A stretch of 63,225 nucleotides of DNA from an uncultured virus (IMG/VR IMGVR_UViG_3300005530_000001). Its lineage: Duplodnaviria > Heunggongvirae > Uroviricota > Caudoviricetes. The first letter of the stretch is position 1. The number at the start of each line of letters is the position of its first letter. The notes under the pieces are model-generated. The model saw nothing but the letters and a program-made list of their open reading frames with translations, was not told where the DNA came from and did not search any database. The stretch lies in IMG/VR virus record IMGVR_UViG_3300005530_000001. One strand, 5' to 3'. Positions 63,179 through 63,225 of the stretch are shown piece by piece. The position numbers and the translations under genes were made by a program.

Positions 63179-63225
63179 CCGAGGTCGCCCGCGCGATCCG
63201 GGCCTGGGGGCGCATCATCCTCTGG

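Larger units (their letters stand above)
1..63225 (+). mobile_element. Tailed phage genome or prophage segment (replication, accessory, glycan-modification and head modules)
   Basis: terS-terL-portal-MuF-protease-capsid-adaptor synteny at 45.7-63.2 kb; phage replication genes at 3-8 kb; co-oriented, translationally coupled small ORFs; no host core genes or integrase seen. Confidence 0.95.

Overview
The whole window reads as one GC-rich tailed-phage (Caudoviricetes) genome or prophage segment. Nearly all genes are on the + strand and tightly coupled by ATGA/GTGA overlaps. I see no integrase, att site or host housekeeping genes. All family calls come from motif recognition by eye, not from database searches. 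Gene order: (1) early/replication genes: ParB-like, HNH, LmbU-like, a DnaA-box trio, initiator plus loader, RusA-like and DUF932; (2) a long run of small accessory ORFs including a macrodomain; (3) a large glycan toolkit: nine glycosyltransferase-like genes, an RmlB-like dehydratase, a DegT aminotransferase, WbqC, a PIG-L deacetylase and four methyltransferases, plus a papain-like protease, a beta-helix protein and GroES; (4) the head module: terS, terL, portal, a giant MuF protein, protease-scaffold, decoration, major capsid and adaptor. The most striking signal is a short tag, C-[HR]-W-[IV]-T-x-x-G-[RH]-x-[IV]-C-I, found in 12 copies, nearly always just after a Glu-Ala dipeptide. It precedes each putative effector domain in the ~2340-aa MuF protein and in a second polyprotein locus. 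The effector domains resemble a RelA/SpoT synthetase, ADP-ribosyltransferases, a zincin, ParB-like domains, a glycosylase-like domain and a SAM-lyase-like domain. Similar Glu-Ala/Ser sites mark domain boundaries in the protease-scaffold, portal and capsid. I infer a capsid-packaged, protease-released effector arsenal. A small antisense gene with its own extended -10 promoter is nested right after the RelA/SpoT domain and is a candidate antitoxin.
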